A stretch of DNA of 64,000 nt from the NCBI GenBank assembly GCA_031423635.1, contig JANPFX010000082.1:21375-85374 (forward strand). The letters are read 5' to 3'. Both the position numbers and the translations under genes were made by a program. Source of the stretch: Acidimicrobiia bacterium. GTDB lineage: Bacteria; Actinomycetota; Acidimicrobiia; Acidimicrobiales; JANYDT01. Under the pieces are notes generated by a model. It was given only the letters and a program-made list of their open reading frames with translations, had not been told where the DNA came from and ran no database searches. This document shows, in pieces, positions 1-9,568 of this stretch. The stretch's first letter is position 1. Every line of letters begins with the position of its first letter.

Positions 1-988
1 CCACGCCCAGGGTGTCGCTCTCGCCTCGTCACTGACCGGTCGTCGTTCGGTGATCTTCATGCCCGAATCGGTCTCGCTCCCGAAGCTCAAGGCGACGGAG
101 GGTTACGGCGCCGAGGTGATCATCGGTGGGCCGAGCCTCGACGACTGCCTCGGTCTCGCGCGTGCCTATGCCGCTGAACACGGCGCAGTGTTCGTGCCGC
201 CCTTCAACGATCCGCTGATCATCGCCGGCCAGGCGACCGTCGGCGTGGAGGTGGCCGAGGAGTATGCGGAGACGGCGAACGCTTCCGACGCCCCGGTGAT
301 CCTCATTCCCGTCGGGGGTGGCGGTCTCGTCGCCGGCTCCGCCTTCGCGCTTCGGCACGCAATGCCGACCGCGACGATCATCGGGGTGGAGGCCGAAGGA
401 GCGAAGTCGATGAGGCTTTCGCTCGACGCGGGTCATGTGGTCACGCTCGACACCACATCGACCATGGCCGACGGCATCGCGCTGCGGGCGCCGGGTGAGA
501 TCACCTTCGAGATGACTCGTGCTCTGGTCGACGACGTGATCACCGTGACGGAGGATGAGATCGCTGAGGCGGTGCTCTTCCTCATGGAACGGGCCAAGGC
601 GGTTGTCGAGCCGTCTGGCGCGGTTGGCCTGGCGGCCTTGCTGGCCGGCAGGATCAGCGGTGCCCACCCTGCGGTCGTAGTGCTGTCGGGCGGCAACGTC
701 GATCCCATGCTGCTCACGTCGATCGTCACGCGCGGGCTCTCCGCCGCCGGCCGGTATCTGCGCCTGCGCATCGTCTTCCGTGACCGCCCCGGCTCGCTTG
801 CCGCATTGACAGCCGTCATCGCCCGTCTCGGACTCAATGTCCTCGACGTGGAGCACCACCGCACCGGCGTGCAGATCGGTGTCGATCAGGTCGAGGTCCT
901 CATGGTCCTGGAGACGCGCAACCCCGAGCATCGCAGCAACGTGATCGACACCCTCCGCGCCGAGGGCTTCGAGGCCACGCTGCTTTGA
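1..988 (+). CDS. ilvA: Threonine ammonia-lyase (threonine dehydratase), 5'-truncated by the window edge, with a C-terminal ACT-like regulatory domain
   Basis: The frame is open from nt 2 and reads HAQGVALAS..., the PLP-enzyme GNHAQG region. GGGGL glycine loop present. The C-terminus (GRYLRLRIVFRDRPGSLAAL...) looks ACT-like. Stop at 986-988. Confidence 0.85.
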   Translation, partial: HAQGVALASSLTGRRSVIFMPESVSLPKLKATEGYGAEVIIGGPSLDDCLGLARAYAAEHGAVFVPPFNDPLIIAGQATVGVEVAEEYAETANASDAPVILIPVGGGGLVAGSAFALRHAMPTATIIGVEAEGAKSMRLSLDAGHVVTLDTTSTMADGIALRAPGEITFEMTRALVDDVITVTEDEIAEAVLFLMERAKAVVEPSGAVGLAALLAGRISGAHPAVVVLSGGNVDPMLLTSIVTRGLSAAGRYLRLRIVFRDRPGSLAALTAVIARLGLNVLDVEHHRTGVQIGVDQVEVLMVLETRNPEHRSNVIDTLRAEGFEATLL

Positions 989-994
989 GCATGA

Positions 995-1035
995 CGCCGC
1001 GTCCTGACGCGGCGAGCAGCGCAGGCCGCGTCAGG
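995..1035. terminator. Overlapping GC-rich hairpins between convergent genes; candidate bidirectional terminator
   Basis: CGCCGCGTC(995-1003)/GACGCGGCG(1006-1014), and alternatively CCTGACGCGGC(1003-1013)/GCCGCGTCAGG(1025-1035). Sits between the ilvA stop and the protease stop. No clear U-tract. Confidence 0.45.
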
Positions 1036-1048
1036 AAATCCCAGTCGT

Positions 1049-1954
1049 TCAGGCGTTCGCGGAGTCGGCGGCTGTGTCCGGCGCGGCCGGCGCGACGAAG
1101 CTCACCGTGACCGTGCGCTCGTCGACGCCACGGACGACGGTCAGAACGATGGTGTCGTCGTTGGTGTCGAGGGCAATCGCAAGGGCATCGAGGCTGTCGA
1201 TCGTCACCGATCCCGCCGAGACGATAACATCGCCCTGGGCCAGACCGGCTCGCTGGGCCGGGGAGTCCTCGGCGACGCCGCGTACGAGCAGACCGGTGAC
1301 CTCGGGCAGTCCGGCGGCCCGCCGCACCGCAGCTGTGGCCGCCGCCGGGGCCAGCGCAACGCCGAGACGTCGACGATGGAACGACGATCCGGCGATGAGC
1401 GCGTCGATACGAGTCCGGGTGGCGCCGGCGTAAGCGATGGCTTGGTAACCGACGTCGGATCGGTTGGTGTTGATGCCGATCAGGTTGCCGTCCACGTCGA
1501 CCAGCGGTCCGCCTGACGCGCCGCGGGCCAAGGCCGCAGTGTGCTCGATGGCGTTGGCGATCGAGCGTCCCCGTGGGCCGGGGAACGAGCGGTCGACGGC
1601 AGCGACGTTTCCGACGCCGACGCTCCCGTCGCCGTGCGCGGCAACGACGACGTGACCGGGCAACGGAGCGGTTTCGGCGGCCCGGAGCGGAACCACCGAT
1701 CCGGTGTCGACGGCGAGGGCGATCAGGTCACCTTCGGTGTCCGACCCGCGTACCTCGGCCTGCTCGACGCGGCCGTCGGCGAAACGGACCTGGGTGGTGC
1801 GAGCCCGCAGCGAGTGAGCGTTGGTGACGACGACCCCCTCGGCGATGACGACGCCGGAGCCCCGGCCGTCTCGCCCGATGGCGACGGTGGCTGCGGCCGC
1901 CTGGGCCGAGACGCTGGCAAGAGCCGTGTTGAGTTCATGGAGTGGGGTGGCCAT
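1049..1954 (-). CDS. Trypsin-like serine protease with C-terminal PDZ domain (HtrA/DegP family); no obvious signal peptide
   Basis: Motifs TNAHSL (His), GASGGPLVD (Ser) and a PDZ-like GLLVRGVAEDSPAQRAGLAQGDVI. Start trimmed to the ATG at 1954 (MATPLHELN...), because the longer ORF N-terminus is Arg-rich junk. Confidence 0.8.
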   Translation of the reverse strand: MATPLHELNTALASVSAQAAAATVAIGRDGRGSGVVIAEGVVVTNAHSLRARTTQVRFADGRVEQAEVRGSDTEGDLIALAVDTGSVVPLRAAETAPLPGHVVVAAHGDGSVGVGNVAAVDRSFPGPRGRSIANAIEHTAALARGASGGPLVDVDGNLIGINTNRSDVGYQAIAYAGATRTRIDALIAGSSFHRRRLGVALAPAAATAAVRRAAGLPEVTGLLVRGVAEDSPAQRAGLAQGDVIVSAGSVTIDSLDALAIALDTNDDTIVLTVVRGVDERTVTVSFVAPAAPDTAADSANA

Positions 1955-1987
1955 GGTGTGTCCTTCGAGGGTGGGAGGTGGGGACTT

Positions 1988-2010
1988 GTAACTAGCGATT
2001 TGCAAGTTAC
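1988..2010. promoter_or_regulatory. Inverted repeat GTAACT-N11-AGTTAC in an AT-richer divergent promoter region; candidate HxlR operator
   Basis: GTAACT at 1988-1993 and AGTTAC at 2005-2010, lying between the divergent protease (start 1954) and hxlR-type (start 2044) genes. Confidence 0.3.
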
Positions 2011-2043
2011 CACCATCTCCGGCGTAGCTGCGAGACTTGCCGC

Positions 2044-2487
2044 GTGCACGATCACGCCCTCGCTCTCGCTCTCGATCAGGTCGGCGACCGGTGGTCCCTC
2101 CTCGTCGTCCGGGCACTGCTCAACGGACCGCGTCGCTACAACGAGCTCGCCGGTGACGTGTCCGGCATCGCCCCGAACGTCTTGGCTGCCCGGCTTCGCC
2201 ACCTGGAAACAGAGCGACTGCTGACGTCGACCCCGTACCAGGAGCGACCTCGGCGGCTCGCCTACGAGCTCACCACGACCGGCCGCGAGCTCGCCACGGT
2301 GCTCGGTGCGCTGTCGTCGTGGGGTGCTCGTATGCACGGCCTCCCCGAGCACCGGGTCCACGACGCCTGCGGTTCGTCGCTGTCGTGGCGTCCCTGGTGC
2401 CCGACCTGCGGGACGGTTGTCGAACGACTCAGCGAACCGACCACACCGGGAACGGCGGAGCGGACGGCGCCACTCGTGTGGATGTGA
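2044..2487 (+). CDS. HxlR-family winged-helix transcriptional regulator with a Cys-containing C-terminal extension
   Basis: DRWSLLVVRALLNGPRRYNELAGDVSGIAPNVLAARLRHLE...RRLAYELTTTG is a typical HxlR/DUF24 core. GTG start. The C-terminus carries C-X9-C-X2-C. Confidence 0.8.
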   Translation: MHDHALALALDQVGDRWSLLVVRALLNGPRRYNELAGDVSGIAPNVLAARLRHLETERLLTSTPYQERPRRLAYELTTTGRELATVLGALSSWGARMHGLPEHRVHDACGSSLSWRPWCPTCGTVVERLSEPTTPGTAERTAPLVWM

Positions 2488-2514
2488 CGCGCCGGTCGGC
2501 GCGCCGGCGACCCC

Positions 2515-5235
2515 TCAGCCGCTGTTGCGGAGTCCCGTTGCCAAGCCGTTGAGGGTGAGTTGGATGCCCCGTTCGACAAGTTCTGCTGTGGCCGCATCGT
2601 CGCCCCCCATGCGGTAGCGACGCAGGAAACCGATCTGCAGGTGGTTGAGCGGATCGAGGTAACCGAATCGGTTGCGGATGCTACGGGCGAGCGCGGGGTT
2701 GTCGGCGAGCAGAGCGGTGTCTCCGGTGATCGCCAGCATCTGATCGACCGTTCGTGCATGTTCGGCGGCGATCCGTGCCATCACTTCGCGGGCGTTCGGG
2801 ATTGCTTCGGCGAGATCGGCATAGCGCGTGGCGATCGTGAGGTCGCTTTTCGCGAGCACCATACCCATGTTCGAGAACACGGCGCGAAGCAATGGCCAGC
2901 GCGCATACATGTCCTTCAGGATTGCAAGCCTCGAGCCATCGTCGCCGATCCACGAGGCGAGCGCAGTGCCGGTTCCGTACCAGCCCGGAAGCATGATCCT
3001 CGCCTGGCTCCACGAGAACACCCAGGGGATGGCGCGCAAATCCTGGATCCGTGCCGAAGCCGTCCTGGACGACGGTCGACTTCCGATGTTCAGCTTCGCG
3101 ATCTCCGTGATCGGCGTGAGGGCACGGAACACGTCGGCGAACCCGTCGGTTTCGTAGACGAGGGATTGATACTCGGCGCGTGCGAGATCAGCGAGATCGT
3201 CCATCACCGCGCTGTACTGGTCGCGGTGCCCGTCGATGTTCTCGGTGTCGACGCAGCTCGCTTCGACGGTGGCCGCAAGGACGGTCTCCAGATTGCGGCG
3301 GGCGAGCTCGGCGTCGGCGAACTTCGCCGCCACGATCTCACCCTGCTCGGTCACTCGTAGCGCACCGTTCACACTCCCCGGCGGTTGAGCCAGGATCGCT
3401 TCGTATGCCGGACCCCCTCCTCGCCCGACAGTCCCGCCGCGACCGTGGAACAGCCGTAAGTGCACGTTGTGTTCTCGAGCGACGCGGACAAGGTCACCCT
3501 CGGCACGGTAGAGCGCCCAGTTCGCGGCAAGGTAGCCGCCGTCCTTGTTCGAATCGGAGTACCCGAGCATGACCTCCTGGCTCTCACCGCGGCTACGAAC
3601 CCGCGAGCGGTACCAGGGATCGGTGAGCAGCGATCTGAGCGTCGCGCCCGCATGGCGAAGGTCGTCGATGGTCTCGAACAATGGCACGATGTCGACCTCG
3701 ATGCCCGCCTCCTTGGTCAGAACGGCGACTTCGAGAAGGTCGCTGACGGCGTTGGAGGCGGAGATCACGTAGTGGGGAACGGCTGCCTCGCCGATCCTCC
3801 GAATGCCGTCGGCCGCAGCGTCGAGAATGGCGAGCTCGCTCGTTGTCTTCTCCGAGTACAACGCCCGCGGAACGCGGAGTGGACGGGGTGTTCCCAACTC
3901 CGCGAGAAGCACCGAACGGCGTGATTGCTCGTCGAGCGAAAGGTAGTCGGGACACACCAGTGCGGTCGCCAGAAGCTCGGCGACGGTCTGTTCGTGGACT
4001 GCGGCATTCTGTCGGAGATCGAGACCGCAGAGGTGGAAGCCGAAGAGGGCCACGTCCCGTCGGACCGGGCGGACGACGGCGTCGGCGACCGACCGCGCAC
4101 CGTGTGCCGCAAGGGACTCGATGACGATGTCGAGATCTCGGATGAGTTCGTCCGGCGACCCGTACGGTTCGCGCTCGACCTCGAGAATCGACACCGGAAC
4201 CACTCCGATCGACGCACGGCACGTTCCGGCGAGCCGACCCTGCATCCCGCGCAGCGCACGACGGTACGGTTCGTCGGCCCGGAACGGCGAATCATCCCCG
4301 GATGACTCCGCCAGCGAATCGAGGACTTCGCTCGGTCGGACGAGCCGGGACGACATCGAAAGCTCGATGGCGAGGCGGCCCAGCGCGTTGAGATGGTGCG
4401 AGAACGCGATACCAGCTTGGCGATCGAGGGCGTAGCGCACGACATCAGCGGTCACGAAGGGATTGCCGTCGCGATCACCGCCGATCCATGACCCCATCCG
4501 GATCACCGGGGGGACCACCCGGTCGCCGAGTTCCGGCCAACGCGCAGAGATCTCCGCGCTGGCCCCGTCCTGGAGCTGTCCAATGGCCCGGAACAACGAG
4601 AGCTCGTAGTAGCCGAGCGCTTCGTTGATCTCATCACGGACACGCAGCCGGCTGAGGCGAAGGATGGCCGTTTGCCAGAGCATGAGGACGCTGAGCCGCA
4701 GTTGGGCGACGACCTCATCATCCCGATGGCCGGGCCGGGCGAGGAGGTCGGCGATCACCCGTTGGGTGTCGAGGATCGTCTTTCGTCGCACCTCGGTCGG
4801 GTGCGCGGTGAGCACGGGGCTGACCCGCAATCGATCGAGCACCGCTCCGACCTGCGCAGCGTCGACGCCTGCCTTGATGAGATGGTCGAGGCTCGCCGCC
4901 AGGCTGCCGACCTGGGGTGGCGATCCCGCCTCGCGATGGAATCGCCGTCGGCGGTTCGAGTGCACGTCCTCGGCGACGTTGGCCAGAAGCGTGAAGAGAC
5001 TGAACGCCCGGACGACGTGGAGCGCCGTTTCGACGTCGAGCGCGTCGAGGACGTTCACCAACTCCGGATCGTGCATGCCGGATCGCCTGGCGTCGACGGC
5101 GAGCCGCCTGACCTTCTCGACGACCTCGTACACCGACTCGCCGGCCTGCTCCCGGATGACATCGCCGACGAGCCGGCCCACCAACCGGATGTCCTCGTCG
5201 AGCTGGGCATCCTTCTCCCGATCCGTTCGTTCCAC
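2515..5235 (-). CDS. ppc: Phosphoenolpyruvate carboxylase
   Basis: 906 aa with VLTAHPTEVRRKT, GYSDSNKDGG, FHGRGGTVGRGGGP and a C-terminal ...GLRNSG, all PEPC signatures. Confidence 0.95.
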   Translation of the reverse strand: MERTDREKDAQLDEDIRLVGRLVGDVIREQAGESVYEVVEKVRRLAVDARRSGMHDPELVNVLDALDVETALHVVRAFSLFTLLANVAEDVHSNRRRRFHREAGSPPQVGSLAASLDHLIKAGVDAAQVGAVLDRLRVSPVLTAHPTEVRRKTILDTQRVIADLLARPGHRDDEVVAQLRLSVLMLWQTAILRLSRLRVRDEINEALGYYELSLFRAIGQLQDGASAEISARWPELGDRVVPPVIRMGSWIGGDRDGNPFVTADVVRYALDRQAGIAFSHHLNALGRLAIELSMSSRLVRPSEVLDSLAESSGDDSPFRADEPYRRALRGMQGRLAGTCRASIGVVPVSILEVEREPYGSPDELIRDLDIVIESLAAHGARSVADAVVRPVRRDVALFGFHLCGLDLRQNAAVHEQTVAELLATALVCPDYLSLDEQSRRSVLLAELGTPRPLRVPRALYSEKTTSELAILDAAADGIRRIGEAAVPHYVISASNAVSDLLEVAVLTKEAGIEVDIVPLFETIDDLRHAGATLRSLLTDPWYRSRVRSRGESQEVMLGYSDSNKDGGYLAANWALYRAEGDLVRVAREHNVHLRLFHGRGGTVGRGGGPAYEAILAQPPGSVNGALRVTEQGEIVAAKFADAELARRNLETVLAATVEASCVDTENIDGHRDQYSAVMDDLADLARAEYQSLVYETDGFADVFRALTPITEIAKLNIGSRPSSRTASARIQDLRAIPWVFSWSQARIMLPGWYGTGTALASWIGDDGSRLAILKDMYARWPLLRAVFSNMGMVLAKSDLTIATRYADLAEAIPNAREVMARIAAEHARTVDQMLAITGDTALLADNPALARSIRNRFGYLDPLNHLQIGFLRRYRMGGDDAATAELVERGIQLTLNGLATGLRNSG

Positions 5236-5338
5236 GCCACCAGTCTGACCGGATCACGCGAAGTGATCATGCAGCGTTCGTTACGATCAGGCGACGATCC
5301 GTTTCCTCGCGATCGTCCGGCGCAGTTTCGCCTGGGGA

Positions 5339-6469
5339 CTACGGCTCCGGTGACTCCGACCCGGTGGGAGCGGTCGGGCCGGCGATCACCCGGACGGGGA
5401 CCGGAGGGGAGAGGAAGGTCTCTGTACCGACCGTCCAGGTGGAGCTCAGCGTCCCCGTGAAGGCGTAGCGGAGAAGATACGTTCCCGGCGCGATACCCAT
5501 TGCTGGTCGGCCGTCACAATCACCGATCTCGAGACCCGGGAGCGGTTGGTCGATGAAGTCGATCGGTTCGCCGGATCGCTCGCCGGACGACACGAACCGG
5601 GCCATGACCGCGAACGTGTTCGGGTGCAGCACATATGCCTCGACCCGAGCCGACGTGTCCCAGATCACGGACGTCCCAGCGAGCGCGGCGACCCGTTCAG
5701 TTGGCCGGAGATCGCGTCCGGCGGTGATCGCCGCCGTTCGCGCATTCGTCCATACGATCCGGTCGTTCGATGCCCCGGGTGACGGGAGCGTCGCGCAACT
5801 GACGAAGGAGCTGCCTTGTTGGAGTGGGACTGCGCGGGGGAGGAGCGTCGAGACGGACGGGGCCGCCGTCGACAACGCGCCGTTGGAGCCCGAAGTATCC
5901 GCACCGCCGGTCGCGCCGCTGCCCGGATCCGGATCCGAATCCGAATCCGACGGCGACCCCGACGCCCGTTCCCGAAGCGCCAATGCGGTCGGGGCAGCCT
6001 CGACGGTACGAGGCTGAGGAAGGCTCGGCCCGGCCTGCCGCGGTGCACCTTGGGGCGCCGTGACGGGAATCGTCGTCGCCCCGGCTTCGCGTACTCCGGG
6101 AGACGAGAACCCAGCCGGCTGACTCGCGTTTGGAGAGGCCGTGCTTGCCGCCGGTGAGCTTCGCACCGCGCCACTTGAGCGGCGCGACTCCTCGGCTGGT
6201 TCTTCGAAGGATGGATCCCCGACGTCAGGCTTCTTGCCGTCGTCTGTGGTGATCGCCGGAGAAGGAGGATCAGAGCCTGCGACGGTGCTGGGAGGAACGA
6301 TCATCGGCGCAACGGTTCCGGTTGCCGGCGGACCCGAAACTGCGCCTTGGAGCGGTTCGGAACCGGTCTTCGTTCCCTCGAGTGTCTTCGCCATGGCGAT
6401 CGACGGCACCAGAACGACAAGGGCGCCGGCGAACGCTGTCAATGCGCGTCCATGTCTCGCTGCACCCAT
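5339..6469 (-). CDS. Secreted hypothetical protein: signal peptide, long Pro/Ser/Ala-rich disordered region, ~150-aa C-terminal globular part
   Basis: N-terminus MGAARHGRALTAFAGALVVLVPSIAMA resembles a signal peptide. Long intact ORF. No family recognised. Confidence 0.5.
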   Translation of the reverse strand: MGAARHGRALTAFAGALVVLVPSIAMAKTLEGTKTGSEPLQGAVSGPPATGTVAPMIVPPSTVAGSDPPSPAITTDDGKKPDVGDPSFEEPAEESRRSSGAVRSSPAASTASPNASQPAGFSSPGVREAGATTIPVTAPQGAPRQAGPSLPQPRTVEAAPTALALRERASGSPSDSDSDPDPGSGATGGADTSGSNGALSTAAPSVSTLLPRAVPLQQGSSFVSCATLPSPGASNDRIVWTNARTAAITAGRDLRPTERVAALAGTSVIWDTSARVEAYVLHPNTFAVMARFVSSGERSGEPIDFIDQPLPGLEIGDCDGRPAMGIAPGTYLLRYAFTGTLSSTWTVGTETFLSPPVPVRVIAGPTAPTGSESPEP

Positions 6470-6509
6470 GCAGGCACTATCGGCATGTCGGCGGCAAGCC
6501 TTGAAAGCC

Positions 6510-7253
6510 TCAGCGACCCCCGGAAACGTCGATAACAGCGCCGCAGAGGTACGTCGCGGCGTCGGAGCACAGAAAGGCGATCACCGAGGCGATCTCGGGC
6601 GCCGTGCCCACGCGCTGCATAGGGATCTGCGTGCGGAGTCGCTCGGCTCGGTCGGGTTGGCCTCCCGATGCGTGGATGTCGGTGTCCACGAGACCGGGTC
6701 GGATGGCGTTGACAAGGATGCCTTCTTCAGCCACCTCTTTGGCCAGACCGACGGTGAAGGTGTCGATCGCCCCCTTGGCGGCGGCGTAGTCGACATACTC
6801 GCCGGGGCTCCCCAGGCGGGCCGCAGCCGACGACACGTTGACGATGCGCCCGCCGAGACCGCCTCGTTTCGTCGACATCCGTCGGACCGCTTCACGCGAG
6901 CACAGGATCGTGCCGAACACGTTCACGGCGAACATCATCTGGACACGCTCGAGGGTGAGCGCGTCGACGCGGGTCTTCGAGCCGACGATCCCGGCGTTGT
7001 TGACGACAGCACGCAAGGCTCCGACTTCATCGGCGGCAGCGAACATCATCAACACGTCGTTCTCCCGACTGACATCGCACCGGATCGTGCGAACCGTGGC
7101 GCCGAGAGCGGTGCAGTCGCGCTCCGTGGCTGCGGCGGCTGCGGCGTCGGACCGGTAGGAGAGCACCAGATCCCAGCCTTGTTCGGCGAGGGCGAAGGCC
7201 GTGGCCTTTCCGATTCCCCGGGTACCGCCGGTGACAAGAGCAAGTGGACGCAC
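6510..7253 (-). CDS. Short-chain dehydrogenase/reductase (SDR) family oxidoreductase
   Basis: TGGTRGIG cofactor motif, NNAG, and Y-X3-K (YAAAKGA). Start trimmed to the GTG at 7253, giving about 247 aa. Confidence 0.85.
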   Translation of the reverse strand: MRPLALVTGGTRGIGKATAFALAEQGWDLVLSYRSDAAAAAATERDCTALGATVRTIRCDVSRENDVLMMFAAADEVGALRAVVNNAGIVGSKTRVDALTLERVQMMFAVNVFGTILCSREAVRRMSTKRGGLGGRIVNVSSAAARLGSPGEYVDYAAAKGAIDTFTVGLAKEVAEEGILVNAIRPGLVDTDIHASGGQPDRAERLRTQIPMQRVGTAPEIASVIAFLCSDAATYLCGAVIDVSGGR

Positions 7254-7305
7254 GACGACGAAGCTATGCGCCGGCAACCGACGCACCGCTCGAATTGATT
7301 TCCGG

Positions 7306-8406
7306 TCAGGGCGCGTGGCGGTGGGGCTCGCGCAGATGGCGTCGGCTCCGCGTGAAGAGGACCCACCCCACAGCCAAGACGAACCAGCAACTGATCGCCC
7401 GGTAGACGAGGGCCGTCGGGAGCGCATGCAACTCGGAGATCCCGCCGGCAGTCAACGCCGAGGCGATTGCTGCTTCGACGATGCCCACACCGGCCGGGGT
7501 GAAACCGACGGCGGCCGCCCCGATGCCGGCGGCATAGATGGCGAACATGAATCGCCAAGGCACAGGCTGGCCGAAGCCCGCAACTGTCGCGCACAGACAG
7601 GCGGCGTCGAGCAACCAGTTGCTCAGCGCGAAGATCATCACAAAAGCGGCGTCGATGCGACCGAGGTGGTACGAACCGAGGCGGTCGACCAGATCCCTCG
7701 ACCATCCGTCGAGGTTCCCCGGCCGGCGGAGCACGCGATAGGCGAAGCGCGTGGGGCCGTTGAGCAACCGGGCAACCTGGTCGCGTCCGGCCGGACGCCG
7801 CACGGCGATCAGGACGAGGAGCATCGGAATGGTGCCGAGCAGCGTCAACCCCACGCCTGCCAACGCGGCGAGACCGTTCCCGGAAAGCACCGCGCCCAAC
7901 GCGATGAGCAACGCGAATGCAACCGTCGAGACGACTCCAGTGATCATCAGAGTCCACGCGATCAGCCCGGAGTCGGCGCCGCGGTGGCTGTACTCCGAAG
8001 CGGTATGGGCTGTCGCCGCCGCAGAACCCGCGACCGGCACGGTCACCGAGACGGCATTGCTGGCGTACGTGATCCGCAGAGCCTCCAGCAGAGGGATCCG
8101 AATGCCGCCAGCCTTCAGGGTGATCCGCTGGACGCGGGCAAAGCTCGCCATGGAGCCGATCTCGAGCCCGAAGGCGGCGACCAGCCACATCGGATGGGCG
8201 ACGCGCAGCGAGAGTCCCTTTGCCCGCAACGTGAACCAGATGAGCCACAGTGCGAAGACCACCAAGGCGGCGTACTCGACGGTGCGGTGGTGGCGGCGTC
8301 GCTTCGCTCCGTGCAGGCGTCGGGAGGGAAGATGCCACGACGACCAACCGGGGACGTTCGCCGGTTCTTCTCGCCCGGTCGGCTCTACTCGGTGGGTGGT
8401 GCGCAT
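7306..8406 (-). CDS. Polytopic membrane protein, UPF0104 / lysylphosphatidylglycerol-synthase-TM-like (flippase-like) family
   Basis: Multiple hydrophobic helices and resemblance to the TIGR00374-type membrane domain. Start chosen at the ATG at 8406 (MRTTHR...). Family assignment is from memory only. Confidence 0.5.
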   Translation of the reverse strand: MRTTHRVEPTGREEPANVPGWSSWHLPSRRLHGAKRRRHHRTVEYAALVVFALWLIWFTLRAKGLSLRVAHPMWLVAAFGLEIGSMASFARVQRITLKAGGIRIPLLEALRITYASNAVSVTVPVAGSAAATAHTASEYSHRGADSGLIAWTLMITGVVSTVAFALLIALGAVLSGNGLAALAGVGLTLLGTIPMLLVLIAVRRPAGRDQVARLLNGPTRFAYRVLRRPGNLDGWSRDLVDRLGSYHLGRIDAAFVMIFALSNWLLDAACLCATVAGFGQPVPWRFMFAIYAAGIGAAAVGFTPAGVGIVEAAIASALTAGGISELHALPTALVYRAISCWFVLAVGWVLFTRSRRHLREPHRHAP

Positions 8407-8440
8407 GCGTACCCCGCCTGACGAGAGGTGCTCTGTTCGT

Positions 8441-9385
8441 TCAACCGGTTCGCCGGAACTTCGAGACGAGATGCGGCCCAGCTTGTACGGCAGCGTACCG
8501 GGGTGGATTGGTCGGCGAAGTACAGGTCGGGAGACACGCAACCTCGCAATCGAAGTTCGCGTTGTGGAAGAACGCAATCGACTGGCGCCGCGCCATCGCG
8601 CCTACCTCGGGGTTCACCACGCGGTGCAGCGTCGAGCGCCAGCGGTCGTTGGTCCATTGGGCCAACATGTCTCCCACGTTGATCACGAATGCATCGTCAA
8701 TGCTCGGCACCGACACCCACGACTCGGTGCGGTGGTCCAGTACTTCGAGTCCGCCCGGTGCTGCGTCCTGGCGAAGGACGGTCAGGGTTCCGTAATCGGT
8801 GTGTGCACCGGCCCGGAGCTGACCTGGCAGAGCCTCGCAGTCCTGGCTCGGATAGTTGAGCGCTCGGAGGGCGTTCGTCCCGCGGTCGATGCGCATGGCG
8901 AAGAAGTCCGGTTCCAACCCGAGGCCGATCGCGCTGAGACGGAGCAAGCGGGCAGACAACGCCTCCATCGCCAGGAAGTAGTCCTCGAGAACAGGCCGTA
9001 GCTCGGGGAGCGCCCTCGGCCAGAGGTTCGGCGAGAAGAGCAGTTCCTCGTCGGGATCCGTAAGCGTTGTGGAGGTCCGCCGAACCGGTCCGACGTTGAA
9101 GATCTCCTTGAGATCCGGCGCGCCTCCTTCACCGAGCGAGTTGCTCAACGTCTCACCGGCGATCGGGACGTAGCCGAACGGGTAGTCGGGTCGTGGACGC
9201 TCCGCAGCAAGGCGTTCCGCGAGCGGTAGGTCGAAGAACGAGCGGACGGTCGACCAGGTTCGTTCGAGGAGGGCGTTCTCGACAGCGTGGCCGGTGATCT
9301 GGAAGAACCCGACATCTCTGCACACGTCATCCAGGTCCCGGGCGACCGCCGTCTCGTTGCGGGAGATGTCGATCACCGGAACCAT
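8441..9385 (-). CDS. 2-oxoglutarate/Fe(II)-dependent oxygenase (isopenicillin-N-synthase-like)
   Basis: MVPVIDIS...FFQITGH N-terminal DIOX_N pattern and the HTDYGTLTVL (HxD) iron motif. Start trimmed to the ATG at 9385. Confidence 0.8.
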   Translation of the reverse strand: MVPVIDISRNETAVARDLDDVCRDVGFFQITGHAVENALLERTWSTVRSFFDLPLAERLAAERPRPDYPFGYVPIAGETLSNSLGEGGAPDLKEIFNVGPVRRTSTTLTDPDEELLFSPNLWPRALPELRPVLEDYFLAMEALSARLLRLSAIGLGLEPDFFAMRIDRGTNALRALNYPSQDCEALPGQLRAGAHTDYGTLTVLRQDAAPGGLEVLDHRTESWVSVPSIDDAFVINVGDMLAQWTNDRWRSTLHRVVNPEVGAMARRQSIAFFHNANFDCEVACLPTCTSPTNPPRYAAVQAGPHLVSKFRRTG

Positions 9386-9463
9386 CTGGCCATGTTCGCG
9401 CTCAGAACAATGCGTCAGAACACCTCCCAGGTGCGTAGGGAGGTTTTCTGCCCCCGTTTTATG

Positions 9464-9562
9464 GGGGCAACCTCTCTCCTGATGCCCGTGAGCACTCGTG
9501 TTGCGAGCAGTCGAGCGAAGCGAGCGGCGCAGCGCCAATGAACAGAGGGGCAACCTCTCTCC
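9464..9562. repeat. Two perfect copies of a 16-nt direct repeat, GGGGCAACCTCTCTCC, 83 nt apart in the oxygenase leader
   Basis: Copies at 9464-9479 and 9547-9562. Adjacent hairpins CCTCCC(9423-28)/GGGAGG(9438-43) and CCCCC(9451-55)/GGGGG(9463-67). Confidence 0.6.
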
Positions 9563-9568
9563 GAACGC

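Noticed and set aside
1955-2116. 54-codon N-terminal extension of the HtrA-like protease ORF.
   Set aside because: It is Arg/Gly-rich, overlaps the hxlR-type gene start, and crosses the AT-richer promoter region. The ATG at 1954 gives a sensible N-terminus.
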